The position numbers and the translations under genes are program-made. Source: Octopus bimaculoides (Eukaryota). From it: a stretch of 64,000 nt of DNA. Numbering within the stretch: position 1 is the stretch's first letter; each line of letters begins with the position of its first letter. Below are positions 51,101 through 64,000 of this stretch, in pieces. The stretch lies in NCBI RefSeq assembly GCF_001194135.2, contig NC_068990.1, forward strand, positions 70,258,902-70,322,901, written 5' to 3'. A model generated the notes under the pieces. The model was not told where the DNA came from, did no database searches, and saw nothing but the letters and a program-made list of their open reading frames with translations.

Positions 51101-51728
51101 CTTCATTTTTGATCTTCTGTGGAAAGATGTTCAGCCATGGACATGTTCTTAGCTGATTTTTCTTTCCTTTTAATGTTCATCAAACTTATAATAATAATTC
51201 ATGGAGTGCACACAAGAAAGCAAGAATTTAAAAAATGTATCTATCCATTCTTAATATTTATTGGCAGATTCAAATGTGAATATTTAATTGCTGTTGTTTT
51301 TTTTATCATCAGAGAACACTGCTTCCCTTCAGATGATAATGTGTTCATAACACATACAATTTATTGGTGTAAGGGGACTTTAGGACACTGAAGTGTTTTG
51401 ACATTATTGTATGCCTTCTCGGTTAAACCTTGGATTCTCACTGTTCTGCATGAATTATTATCTGTTTGGTAGACATCAACATGCATCAGTAAATAATTTG
51501 TTTGCTGATTTCTATAAACAAGAGACCTGTGCTCTTGTTAGATTCATTGGTGTGGCAGAATAGTTTTGGCTAAGGAGACACACGTCAAGGTCAGGCATGC
51601 AGCTTCAATACTTCATTCAAAGTACATCATCATTATCATTATTTCAACATCCACTTTTCCATGCTTGCATAGGTCAGACCAAAGCTTTGTGAGTGGATTT
51701 GGTAGACAGAAACTGAAAGAAGCCCGTC

Positions 51729-51764
<36 letters not shown>

Positions 51765-51934
51765 CTTTGTGTCAGTGTTTATACCCCATTGCCACTTAAC
51801 AGCTGGTGCTGGTGTGTTGATATCCCTGTTACTTAGCGGTTCAGCAAACTTGAGATCGATTTGTTCAACTAAAACCCTTCAAGGTGATGCTCCAGCATGG
51901 CAACAGTCAGATGACTGAATCTAGTAAAATAGTA

Positions 51935-51965
<31 letters not shown>

Positions 51966-52598
51966 NNNNNNNNNNATATTATTCCTTTCACTTTATTAAT
52001 GGGGAAAAAATGTGGATTTCTGGGAGAAAAATCTCTGTCTGTAATATGAAAAGGAAATGAACAAACAATTGACATAAAGCTGTGTGTGTTATTTAGATAT
52101 AATGCACTCATTAGCATCATTATTTTATGTTTGTTTCCCATGCTGGGTTTAATGGATGATTTGCTCGCTACAATAGATTATATCTTAATATGTATACAGC
52201 ATGAAAGGTGACTTAAGCTGATAAAACTATATGAAGCTGACTTAGAACATGAGATAAATTGAAGCCTTTGGTTATGCCCCTATGACCCAATGGCTTGTAA
52301 GGAATTTCTTCATGTTTGAAGCCAAGTCTTCCTGAAATCATGGCCAGATTGCCTTTTACCATAGATCGGTTCTGTCAGGACTGAACGGGGGATAAACAAC
52401 TATATAAGCAAAATAATTGGGTGCTTGCTAGAAATGAAAGAATAACAGCAAAAACAAAGTTATTGTTGCATTGTGTTCTTGAGCAAAGCACTTCATTTCA
52501 TCTTGCTCTGTGATTGTCATCTGACATATGGCACATGGTGCACCTGTACAGGTAATGTCAATTTGATGGAGAGAGTGGACACAAACATTTGATCACTA

Positions 52599-53053
52599 TG
52601 TAAAAGTTTGATAGTTGTCATAGACAATTTAGTCTCTCTCTATCACCTTTCAACAGCATTATAAATGAAGAGATATTGGAACAATTTTACAACATAATAA
52701 AAATAAGATTTATTTTTTTCTTGATGCTTGGTTTCACAATTCCTGCCATTCAGCTTAGCAGCCGCTGATTAAGTTGTAATTTGGTATTGGAAGGTTAAGG
52801 GCTTCCTTGACGCCTGCCAGAGAAACAAGTAGCTATCACCATCGAAGGCATCGAGGTGAAGTGGTGATTCGTTGAGGAGTGAGGAGTTGTCACGTAGAAG
52901 GTCTGTGGCTCAACTGCCTAACAAAGTGAAACTCTCTCTTTAAGTACCAGTTTTACTACGCATGTGCACTCGAGGGGCTTCCGGTGGTGAAGTCCGCTGC
53001 GCATGCGCAGAATAGTACTTCCTCAATGGCGGCTATAATTTCGTGCCACTACA
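52599..53053 (-). mobile_element. Solo LTR (455 bp, TG...CA ends, 4-bp TSD ACTA) inserted into an S4 SINE
   Basis: The SINE text gatcacta|taaacaaat is split exactly, with ACTA at 52595-52598 and 53054-53057. CpG-rich. A 4-bp TSD is typical of Gypsy. Orientation is inferred from AATAAA on the minus strand. Confidence 0.8.
52978..53033. promoter_or_regulatory. Cluster of ETS (CTTCCGG), NRF1 (TGCGCATGCGCA) and YY1-like (AATGGCGGC) motifs inside the LTR
   Basis: Motifs read directly at 52978-52984, 52998-53009 and 53025-53033. Function not shown. Confidence 0.5.
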
Positions 53054-54429
53054 ACTATAAACAAATTATTTGTGTTGTTGTTCGGCAAGAAATTGCTGAA
53101 CCCTCATATGTTGTCTAACGATGGGAGAGTCCATGATGATATATATGGCTCCCATGCTGGTGACACGTGAAAAGCACCATTTGAGCATGATCGTTGCCAG
53201 TGTTGCCTTAATGGCACATGTGCCGGTGGCACGTGAAAAACATTCGACTGGCACCCATGCAGGTAGCATGTAAAAAACACTTTTTGAGCATGGTCGTTAG
53301 CAGAACCGCCTGACAGGCCCCCGTGCCGGTGGCATGTAAAAGCACCCACTACACTCTCAGAATGGTTGGCATTAGGAAGGGCATCCACCTGTAGAAACTT
53401 TGCCAGGTCAGACTGAGCCTGGTGCAGCCTCTGGCTCATCAGTCCGCAGTCAAACCGTCCAACCCAAGCCAGCATGGAAAGCAGACGTTAAACGATGATG
53501 ATGATGATGATGATGATATATATATATATATATTTATATCCCACTCCCCCAAAGACATGCTTGAGGAAGTTTTTGGAGCAAGAAGACTAAAAGAGAAAAT
53601 ACTGTCTGTACTAATTATGGAGGGTAGCACTACCAATAAGGTTGAATTAAATGAAAACCCAGTGCCAATGTCAACCACTTATTCTGCTCAAATTCTCATA
53701 GACATCACATATATGAATCCCCTTCCATCACCACCACCCACTCACCTCAGCTAGTAATAAACAACCACAATAAGTCTTATCTTCCACATGTCAGCTGGCC
53801 AATCAAAACTTCAACAGGAACAACGATGAGTTGATGATGATGTTGTAATGTAATAGTATTTGAGTCATTAGTTACTTAAGACCACTTATACAAACTGGAC
53901 TGACTCACTCACTGATCATCATCACCTCTCCACACTCCATGGCTTACAAAACAACGCAATTTGCTGGCTTATTTTCTTTCTCTTCTTTTGTTGTTTCAGG
54001 TTAATTTCTGTTTGAGATAGCCTAGTGGTGGTATGATTGTTTTGGAAGTGAACTGAGCTTCTTATTGTTATTTGGAAATGTGGTGGATCTTCTTTCAGCT
54101 GTTTTAGAAGTGATCATTAAAGAGACACTGCTTGGCAGTATTTAGGAACTTTTTCTCTAAAACCAAACAAACAAACAACAAATATTTCTTTGGTGTCTAA
54201 GTAGTTTTAGAACCTAATCACTCTAAATTTAGAGGACCTCATTATCAGGAAAATTATTATTCCTACTCTGAAGCAAAACATTTACACATGCACACTCTGT
54301 ATGCTTGTCTGACTAACTGTGTATGTGTGTATATGTATATTTGTTATGTACAACCACTTTTCAGTTTCTTTGCTCAGTGTATCGTGGGTACCAACACCTT
54401 TTTCATTAACCATAGTTTATGATTCTTCT

Positions 54430-54840
54430 CTTCAGATCTTCATATCTCATCAGTTTTTCTCCTTTTCCATCACTTCTGATGCCTTATAATCAGGCATAGT
54501 TTTTCCCTCTTGTTTACCAGCACAATATTGGGATTCTGATGTTCGATTCCATGATGACATTAGATGACAAAATCCCAAAGTAAATTTGCTCTGTCATTTT
54601 CTTACTACTCATGTTTGTACCATTTTCTCACTTTTTCCAATCTAAACTTAGTTCTCTGTGAACCATTCTGACGACATTATCATATCTTCTCTTGCATTCT
54701 TTTTGAGCCAATTTGCTGCATTCACTTTAAATACTGTCTCTCCAGTTTTACCACACATTCTACATTTGTCAGATTCTGAGGAATGGTCTTGATGTAGTTG
54801 TTCTCAGCACTTTTTTCTTGCTGTACTTATCAAGGTCACA
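54430..54840 (-). mobile_element. Dong/R4-clade fragment (zinc knuckle plus REL region)
   Basis: The reverse strand reads ...SESDKCRMCGKTG...LAQKECKRR.DNV..MVH...LLWDF.... Confidence 0.7.
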
Positions 54841-54879
54841 TTTTTGTAACCACATCCATCATCATCATCATCGTCATCA

Positions 54880-56160
54880 TTAAGGCCAGCAGGCATAATT
54901 GTTAGCATACCACACAAAATTCTTAGTGACATTTTGTCTGTTTTTATGTTCTGATTTCAAATTCCACCATGGTTCACTTTGCCTTTCACTCCTTTTGGGT
55001 TGATGAAATATGTACCATTTGAGTTTTGGGGTCAATGCAATCCCCTGATCACTCTCCTAAAATTTCAGGCTTTGTGCCTGTAGTAGAAAGGATTATTATT
55101 ATTATTATTATTATTATTATAAGGTGGTGAGCTGTCAGAATCATTAGCACACCAGGCAAAATGCTTAGCAGTATTTCGTCTGCCACTATATTTCTGAGTT
55201 CAAATTCTGCCAAGATCAACTTTGCCTTTCATCCTTTCGCGGTCGATTGAATAAGTACCAGTTATGCACTGGGGTCAATGTAATCAACTTAATCCCTTCC
55301 CCCAAATTTGAGGCCTTGTGCTTCCAGCTGAAAGAATTATTATTGTTATTATAATTATTATCATTAAGGTGAAGAGCTGGCAGAATCGTTAGCATTGTTG
55401 GGTGAAATGTTTAGTGGCATTTTATTTGTCTTTACATTCTGAGTTCAAATTCCACCAAGGTCAATTTTGCCTTTCATTCTTTTGGGGGTTGATGAAATAA
55501 GTACCAGTCAAGTGATGATGTAATCAACTAGTTCCCCTCCCCCAAATTTCAAGACTTGTACCTATAGTAGAAAGGATTATTATTATTATTCAACATTTGA
55601 TAGTTTTAGGTAAATTTCTACTGCATCACCTGCTACATCTCTGTGTTGCTGGGAATTGTGCAGCATTGTGTATTCTTTTTTGTCGTTGAGGGAGTGCAAA
55701 GTCTTCCTGGTATTGTATTGCATCACTTTATTTTGTTATGGGGGTCTGGTTTCAATCTTTTGTTGTAGTAATGTTTGTGTTGTGTGTGTAATGTGAGTTG
55801 TGTTCTTCTATTGGAAATCTGACTTGTAGAATACATGTTGTGGTTGTTTATTTTATTGGATATTTACTGTATGGAGTGTGTCTTATGTTTGTGGATTGCT
55901 TAGTTTGGGTTGTATTATCAAATTATTATTATTACTATTGTAAGGCAGCAAGATGGCAGAATTGTTAGCACACTGGGTGAAATGTGTAGCAGCATTTTGT
56001 CTATCTCTGTGTTCTGAATTCAAATTTCACCAAAGTTAACTTTGCCTTTTATCTTTTCAGGGTCAATAAAATAAGTACTAGTTTATCACTGGGGTCGATG
56101 TAATCAACTTATCTCCTTTCCCAAATTTGCTGGCCTGGTGCCAAAATTTGAAATCATCAT
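54880..56160 (+). mobile_element. Head-to-tail cluster of four S2 SINE copies separated mainly by (TAT)n
   Basis: Copies at about 54880, 55120, 55365 and 55940. Confidence 0.8.
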
Positions 56161-56785
56161 CATCATCATTATTATTATTATTTGTAGTAGTAGTATTGGT
56201 CTTGTAGTTAGGGTGTTGCATTCACGATCATGAGATTGTGGTTTTAATTCCTATACCAGGTGATGTGTTGTGTTCTTGAATAAAACACTTCATCTGACAT
56301 TTCTCTGCATGGTACACTGTACACTTATTCAAGCAGCGTTGATTTGATAGAGGGAGTGAGCTAATGTACGGCACATCCATTTGATCATTATAAACAAATC
56401 ATTTGTGCAAGTTGTTCGACAAAAGCTGAACACTCATGTCACCATCAACAGCAGAGTCCATCATTATTATTTTGATTTAAAGCTTATATTCAGACATGAT
56501 GATTATGTGTTCATGGTACATTTAAAAAAAGATTAAAGTAATCTGTCTTAATTTGTTGTCATTTTTCCATATTTATCATGTCACCACATTCCACTTGAAC
56601 TATGTCATCCTGAACTCGGCATTTCAGTTTAAAAAAATTTTTTTAAAACTTTTTTACATCAACCCAGAGTTCAATTGAGCTTAATTTTCTAGTAATTAAT
56701 GAAATGCTTAGATATTTCAGATGAGTTGTTCTCAATAAGATTTTAATTTTTTAATTATTGACATCATCTTTAAGGATGAAAGCAT

Positions 56786-57085
56786 GTTTAACATCTTTGA
56801 TACCAGCCCACCAGAGACCACCACTCTTGATTCTGTGATGCAAACTTTCAATTTAACATGATTTGAATATAAATCTTCTATCAAATCTCTATGTTAATTT
56901 ATCTTCAGTCACCAGCTTAATAACGACAAAGTTATTTTTCTAAATTCCTCAATATGGCGGTGCCCCAGCATGGCCACAGCTCATGAGCTGAAACTAGATA
57001 AAATGAAAATGAAAAAATATTTTCATAAGTAATTGAAACAAAGGTAGTGTATTTCAATGGTAATATGGTAACAAAATGGTTGATA
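56786..57085. mobile_element. Decayed MITE with TTAA-CCCTTT-like ends (piggyBac-like); related pieces at about 43930, 45000-45085 and 62940-63060
   Basis: ttaacatctttgatacc...ggtaacaaaatggttga. A better-preserved end ggtaatgcaagggttaa is at about 45085. Confidence 0.4.
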
Positions 57086-57499
57086 TATACAATCACTTTA
57101 TGTTCCAGTTAGTTTGATCCATGATTGACATCTGGGTTATAAGAACTTATTTGCTATTGGTTTAAAAATACAAGTTCCCACTCAATTTCACTTTGACATT
57201 ATGTATACATGATGATGACAACATGATGAAGATCAGAAATTAAACCAGAATACTGTTGCTGTTCCTTAGCTGAGCAGACCAATCAGCTGTGACTATCCAT
57301 CTTTTATATATCTGGCTATAAGCAAAAGTATGACTGTGTGGTTGAGAAGTTTGCTTCTCAACCATATAGTCTTGGTTTCAGTTCTATTGCATAGCTTCTT
57401 CTACTATAGCCCAGTTAAACAAAACCTTGTGAATGGATTTAGTTGTCAGAAGCTGAAACCTGACATGCAGTAACCAGAAGCTGAAAAAAACCTGACATG

Positions 57500-57538
<39 letters not shown>

Positions 57539-58859
57539 CCTTGTCTTGACATCATGTGATGGCTGTAAATGAGCATCACCATCATAGAAGCAATGTTGTT
57601 CATTCCCAATTTTCCATGAAAAACATGTCTGGACTTAGAAAAAGAAATATTACCTTACTTGGAAACAAGTAGTGATTGGTGATAGGAAGGGCATTCTACT
57701 CTAGAAAAATCTGCTTCCAGAAATTCTCTTTGACCATTGCAAGCATAGAAAAATGAGTGTTAGATAATGATGATGATAGGCTACATTCTCCAATGTGTTC
57801 TTCATTTTTTAAGACATTAAGGGTGTAATTTGAGGAAGCTTTGGTTGTTATTTTGTGCAGGTTGGGTGACCACATTGAGAGCCCTGTAAGCATAGCTTTG
57901 TTGTTTACTGAGTGAAATGTACTTTATGTAAATTAAACATATTTTTCTTTTTCATCTCTATTGTTCAAAAGTTTATTAATTAATTTTTTGGTAAGTTCAT
58001 AAGTAAAGTTACTGGTTTCAATTATTTTCAAACATCAACCAATGACATGTTGAAGCTTCTTGTTGAGCAAAGTATATTTGGGTTGAATTTAGAGGAACTG
58101 TAAACACTTTTATTGCTTAAGAAGAAAGAAAATAATATTATTTCACATCTGGGTACATTCATTTACTATCGTTGAAGATTGAACTCAGTTCAACTTCTCT
58201 GTTTTCAAATACAACATTCTTCTTTGAGTTTAAAAGTGGCTGGTGGTGATGATGCTGACATCATGCATCATACTGTCTAAAAATAGTGTTGTTACATCTG
58301 TTAAACAGTAGAATCTAGTTCTTGTAAATTTGTGTTGCTGAAGACAGGAAACTCTTTGGTACAGCTTGAACAATTTATTCCTCAAGGAGCATCGTGAAAA
58401 GGAGTAGAATCATTCTAAATCATTTCCTGCTACATACATGCTCTTACATACTCACACAGGCACGTGTACAAATGTATGCCCATTCACACACATATTCACA
58501 CACACACACACACACACATTCCCATACATATTCACACATACATTCACATGTTCACTAATAGCTATTCCTAAATATAGACTAATACACATTCCTATAGAGA
58601 AAAATGCTAAGAAAATTGAAGAGAAAGTATGAATGAGAGAATAATGATGACGATGAGAAGGAGAAAGAGGAAAAATAGAAAAGAGAGAGGGAGAGAGTCA
58701 GATGAGAGAGAGAGTAAATGAGATAGAAATGAAGAAATAGTGAAAGGGAAGCAGAGAGACAATCAGACAGATAGATACTGTTTTTTGCTTGGACCATTTC
58801 ACCATTTTTTTGTAAAATGAGAATCCAACACATTTTAGCTTAATCCTTATTTCCTCCTT

Positions 58860-58877
58860 CACATGTGTGTGTACATG

Positions 58878-58919
<42 letters not shown>

Positions 58920-58989
58920 CACACACACACATATACACGCACACACACACACACATACACACACATATACACACGCACACACACACACG

Positions 58990-59033
<44 letters not shown>

Positions 59034-59045
59034 CTCTCTCTCACT
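58860..59045. repeat. Compound (CA)n/(CT)n microsatellite
   Basis: Direct reading. It generates six spurious ORFs. Confidence 0.95.
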
Positions 59046-60159
59046 CACTCAAATATACCGTATCTTACTCTCTGCTGCTATGGGCTGTCATGACTGTCAT
59101 AATCAGTTATTTCGTCACCATCTTCAAGACAGCCCTTTCAAGATGCTGGTGTACATGATAATGAAACATGTTTACATGAACATGTGGGGCTGGTCCCACC
59201 AAAAAATACAGGAAATTTTAACTGAACATTCACTCTCAGTACTGTCATGTGGCAAGGTTTTCTTTAGGCTTTTCTGCCCTTAATCCTTGATTTTAACACT
59301 GCTGCAGGTCTGTGGTTTAACTATGCAACACAGGAGGATTTAACTCTATGAGGCATGACTTACTTATATAAACTAATACAAAAAAAAAAAAAAACCCAAA
59401 CAGAATAAATAACTTATTTATGGACTCATTAATTATGGACTATTGTTTTGTTATGAAAGGTACACACCCATACATATGCATACCCATACACAAACACATA
59501 CACACATACCCGCACACACCAGCCACATATACCTATAAGATAATTCTCTTTAATCTCTTCCCTGTAATTCAAGTAACCACTTGAGATATGTAGGGTGTGT
59601 GGGTATAAATGTATGCATGTGTGTGTGTGCATGCACACATGTATGTGTGTGTATGCATGTGTGTGTGGGTGTGTGTGCATGTGTAAGTGGATGTTTGTGC
59701 AAGTGTATGTAGATGAGTGTGAGTGTATGTGGATGTGTGAGTGTTTGTGTGAGTGGATATGGATGTGTGTGTGTGTGAGGGTATATAAATGAGTGTGTTA
59801 ATATATGTCTGGTGCTGTAAGAGGTAGTTTCTTATAGTGGGGTTAGGGTGTGTCTTAGTTCCTCAAACGTTGGTAACATTTTCACAAAGTGTCTCTCATT
59901 GGCCATAGTATGATCTCATTACAAAATGTCTTCTGGCATGAGAACAGATATTTTCATTGAAGAACTGGCACACAGCAAAACTTGGTTTCTCTAGGTTGCT
60001 TTCTTTGACTGTGTGCATGAGTGTGTGTGTGTGTGTGTGTTTTGGGAGGAGGGATGGTGACGTACTGGGATTTTAGACTTGAGCAAGACATTTGTTCCCT
60101 GAACACATAAATACACACATGCATACATTCTCATTAACACTTACACCAATACCACCATC

Positions 60160-60212
<53 letters not shown>

Positions 60213-60719
60213 TTATATATTTATATGCATACATATACACAGAGAGAGAGACTATAAGTGTTGATACTGCTTTTATAAATACGTGTATTAACAAACATAT
60301 ACACACATGCTACACATGCACCATTGCTGTTGCATAACCACTACCACTTCTTTCAGCTTACACAAAAAAACAAACCTTGACATAATACACACACACACAC
60401 ACATCACTTAGCTCCATTCATACACACCTAAACAATACCACATGTAAATCCCCATGGAATTTAAAAGTACATATCTCTACCTACCTTTCCTTCTTTCAAA
60501 ATATTTAACAGTTTTAAAAAAAAGATAAGTAGTGATGGAAGGTGTTCTTTGGCCCCTGGACTACCTACCCTATTCGAGCAGGTTGAAATCAGAAATGTGA
60601 TCAGACATGAGCATCATATTTTTATTTTCCATATATATTTTATCCAGTAGTATACTACTATTACTACTACTACTACTACTACTAATAATAATAATAATGA
60701 TGATGATGATGATGCTTTA

Positions 60720-61990
60720 TTGTTGGCATAAGGCCACTGATATTTAGGGAGGACAAAACTGATGTTAAGGACACCAAGTACTTTACTGATAATTAATTTA
60801 TCAAAGCTGGGAAGGACAAAAGATTAAACTCTGAAATTTGAAATCAGAATGTGAAGAATAGAGGAATTTAACAAAATACTGTAAGATGTTTCATGAAGAA
60901 ATTACTGGCAGACTTTCATTTCTGGCACAACAACAATAGTTTCAAATTTTGGTTCAAGGTCAGCAATTTTGAGGGAGGGGGATAATCCAATTACGTTGAG
61001 TCCAGTGTACAACTGGTACTTATTTTATCGACCCTGGTAGAACTTGAACTAAGAACATAAAGATGGACAAAATGCCACTAACAATTCTGCCAGCTCACTG
61101 CCCCCTCCTTTGCCTTCTTCTTGATGATGATTCAAATTTTGGCACAGGGTCTGCAGTTTTGAGGGGGAGGGGACTAACCAATACCATCAACCCAAATACT
61201 TAGCTGGTATTTTATTTTATCAACCCTGAAAGAATAAAAGGCAAAGTTGACCTCTGCCAGATTTGAACTTGGAGTGTTGAGACCTTGAATAAATATCACA
61301 AAACACTTCTTCTGATATTCTGATGATTCTGCCAGCTCACCGCCTTTAATAATGGTTCCTGATTTAGGCACAGGGCCAACAATTTTGAGGGGTGGGGTTA
61401 AGTCAGTACTATCAACTCCATCCAGTACTTGACTGATACTTTATTTTATTGATTCTCGAGGAAAGTTAAGGCAAAGTTGACCTTGACCAGATTTGAACTC
61501 AGAATGTTAAGAGTGAAAACAAGGCTTTTGTTCAAAGGCATTTGTTCAAAACATTGTCAATTTCTTCAAAACTCTGTCAATTCTGATAATCCACTACCAT
61601 GATAACTATGGTAGTAGTAATATTAAGAAGAAGAATGGTAATAGTAATAATAATAATCTTATCTACTGTGGGCCCAAGGCTTGAAATTTGTTGGGGTGGA
61701 GCCTAGTCAATTGCATCAGCCCCACTCAGTGATCAACAGATACTTATTTCATTGGCTCCAAAAGGATGAAAAGCAAAGTTGGCCTCCACAGGATTTAATG
61801 GTAATGACAATTGTAATCCTTTCTACAATAGGCACAAAGCCTGAAATCTGTTGGGAGCGGGGCTACTTGATTACATTGACCCCAGTTCTCATCTGGTATT
61901 TATTTCATCAACCCTGAAAGGATGAAAGCAAAGTTGACCTTGGTAGCATTTGAACTCAGAGTGTAAAGGCAGATGAAATGTTGTTAAAGT
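60720..61990 (-). mobile_element. Cluster of at least five S2 SINE copies in the same orientation
   Basis: Repeated aactggtacttattttatcgacc...tttgaactcaga...attctgccagctc blocks with (TAA)n spacers. Confidence 0.75.
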
Positions 61991-64000
61991 TGACAGCCAC
62001 AAAAGTACCATCAGCTGGGCCTGTCCAAAATACATATGGTTTGATGAAACAATTTTGCTTGCACTTGTTCTGTGTTTGAACATTTGCTGACTAATGGAAT
62101 TTTGTTGAACAACTATTGAAGTATTTAGGACAGACCTATCAGCTAAGTCTGTCAACCCTTTTCTTTATTTTTGGCTCTGTTCATTCTTTTTCCACAAATT
62201 CTATATTTTTATTAACAAGTAAAGTTAATCGCCACAGCAATAAGGCTGTTCAATGTTACTACTAGTTCAACCCCAGGCAAATCTTCTGCTAGCTGGTTAT
62301 AGATGTACCCTGCACCCTGTACATATATATTGTCAGCAGGGGAACGAACCCCTACCATCCTTCAGCATATGGGATCACGAGACTGATTTGGTTTTGAGCT
62401 AGTTTGGTCATCCTTAGTTGTGAACACTTGGTCGCCAGAGAGATGGCCAGAGTCCACTCCAGCATATATTTTTATTGTTTCTAAGCCTTAATATTTTTGT
62501 AGCTGGGAGGCAGGGATTCATGACATATACCATGACCAAAGGGATTTGGTGCATGAAATTAAGTTGTTAATGATTACTGAAAGTGCTGTGCCTGTTTCAA
62601 GAAACAATCATCCATTCCATCTACATCAAATTCACAGACGAAAATCACCTCTTGTGTTTACCTTTTTATTTTTATTTGATCTTTTTTCATTTTTTGATAA
62701 TGAGCAATTCAAATACCTCATAGAGCAAATAGGTTTTTTTCTCTTTTTTAACATAATGCTTCATTTAAAGAAAGAAAAAATATAAATATTTGATTTGGCG
62801 AGAATCACTCACACAATCTTCTAATACCTAGCAGCTATGATGAAGATAAGGAATTAAAATACCTCAGGAGATTAAGCAAATGATAAAACTGTCTCTGAAA
62901 GGTTTGGCAGTGCCAAATTCATCAAGATGCCACAAAGAAAGTTTAAACCTTTTATTACTATATTTCTGTTGAAATACATTGCCTTTGTTTCAATTAATTT
63001 TGAAAACAATGACAATTTTATTAAAATAATTGTCATTTTTAATCTGGTATTTGGAACATAAATTGACATAAAATTGACATAGAACTTGATTCGCTTTAAA
63101 ACAGCTAGCTTGCAACATACAATGAGGAGTAATATTTATCCTTACTACAATGTGAATGTTCTCTTAGAACAAACTACACTGCGGTAGATACCATGAGAAA
63201 AACTTACATATTGGCATTTTGGTACAAAATGCAAGCTTGTTTATATTGCTAGCAGGAAGATATATCTCCACCACCTCCTGTGCTGAGACCATGAGATCAT
63301 GTGATTTGAACTTTTCTTAGTCTTGTCAATGACAGACACTTAGCTGCTAGAGATAGCAGCAGCTCAGTGATATATAGAAAAACAGTGCCAGAACAGGTGC
63401 TGGTGCTGCAATTAGCTAGTGAGCTTGTTAAAAGCTAGGGATGGTCTGGGTTGGTATCATTTCAATCAAGCCCTTGCTTAAGACCAAATTTCCCATAATT
63501 CCCTATTAAGAAGTCATTTTCCCTCTAAGGTAGCCTCATGATCCACAAATATCAAAATTTCCCTACCATATGGAATATGTTTTGTGTGTATGATAAAATT
63601 AAGGATATGAAATTAAACACAAACATGACTCCAGCATGTTTTTGCTTATAATTAATGTATTTATTACTAAATTACCACTGATATACTGGCTTCATGCAAT
63701 CCTGATTCAGCTCACTCATTTCTAAAAATAATTTATCTTTTTCCTATGTAAAAAAAACTATTGCCTGTTGATGAAACAATTGTCATAGTCACGCAGTTAT
63801 CACCATAGACACCAGCCTTATCATCATCATCATCATCATAGGCACTATCAGCATCAGCATTATATGATTGATTTCTAATTATGGCATTTTGGCACAAAAC
63901 AAATTTTAGGTTTTAATCCTGTACTTACCTTTTATCTCTCTTTTGTTTCAATCTGCAGACTGCAATCATGCTGGGGTACTGCCTTGAGGAACTTTAGTCA

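Larger units (their letters stand above)
33069..51368 (+). other. Isolated low-confidence candidate small exons: 33069-33110, 34852-34900, 38566-38616, 41036-41116, 42416-42447, 45618-45649, 45808-45851, 51313-51368
   Basis: Reasonable acceptor and donor pairs (e.g. ttatttttcag...CAG|gtgagg at 38566-38616), each with at least one open frame. No homology recognised and no single consistent chain. Confidence 0.15.

Noticed and set aside
52970-53060. Host bidirectional promoter, and the ORF MAAIISCHYNYK…
   Set aside because: It lies inside a TSD-flanked LTR, and the ORF runs into SINE sequence and stops after 30 codons.
54880-56160. CRISPR-like or tRNA-gene array
   Set aside because: The units are degenerate SINEs of about 200 bp in a metazoan genome. 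There is no repeat-spacer structure and no intact cloverleaf.
58698-59283. Stacked His/Thr- and Cys/Val-repeat ORFs (also at 32481-32861, 12635-12974, 59429-59792)
   Set aside because: These are translations of (CA)n/(TG)n microsatellites.

Overview
AT-rich metazoan genomic DNA from a gapped draft assembly (six N gaps). The repeat families look like octopus (coleoid cephalopod); this is inferred from recognising the repeats, not from a search. Most of the window is intron-like: tRNA-head SINEs, a (GAT)n-tailed retroposon, decayed mariner (DD34D) and maT (DD37D) transposons, RTE, CR1, Dong/R4 and Penelope fragments, one solo LTR and many microsatellites. Nearly all supplied ORFs are microsatellite or repeat artefacts. 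The host-gene signal is a set of small candidate exons on the + strand. A frame-consistent chain (361-436, 3875-3925, 5549-5578, 7981-8045) encodes a predicted AKAP-like amphipathic helix. A separate exon (13701-13751) matches the N-terminus of a ubiquitin-activating E1 (UBA6-like). The strongest observation is that the exon at 361-436 pairs over 69 positions with a unique intronic sequence at 489-558. Apart from one bulge, its only non-Watson-Crick pairs are G:U, U:U and three A:C mismatches, and each A:C sits at a non-synonymous position. This is the architecture of an ADAR exon/editing-complementary-sequence recoding cassette. No rRNA, tRNA gene or CRISPR array was seen.
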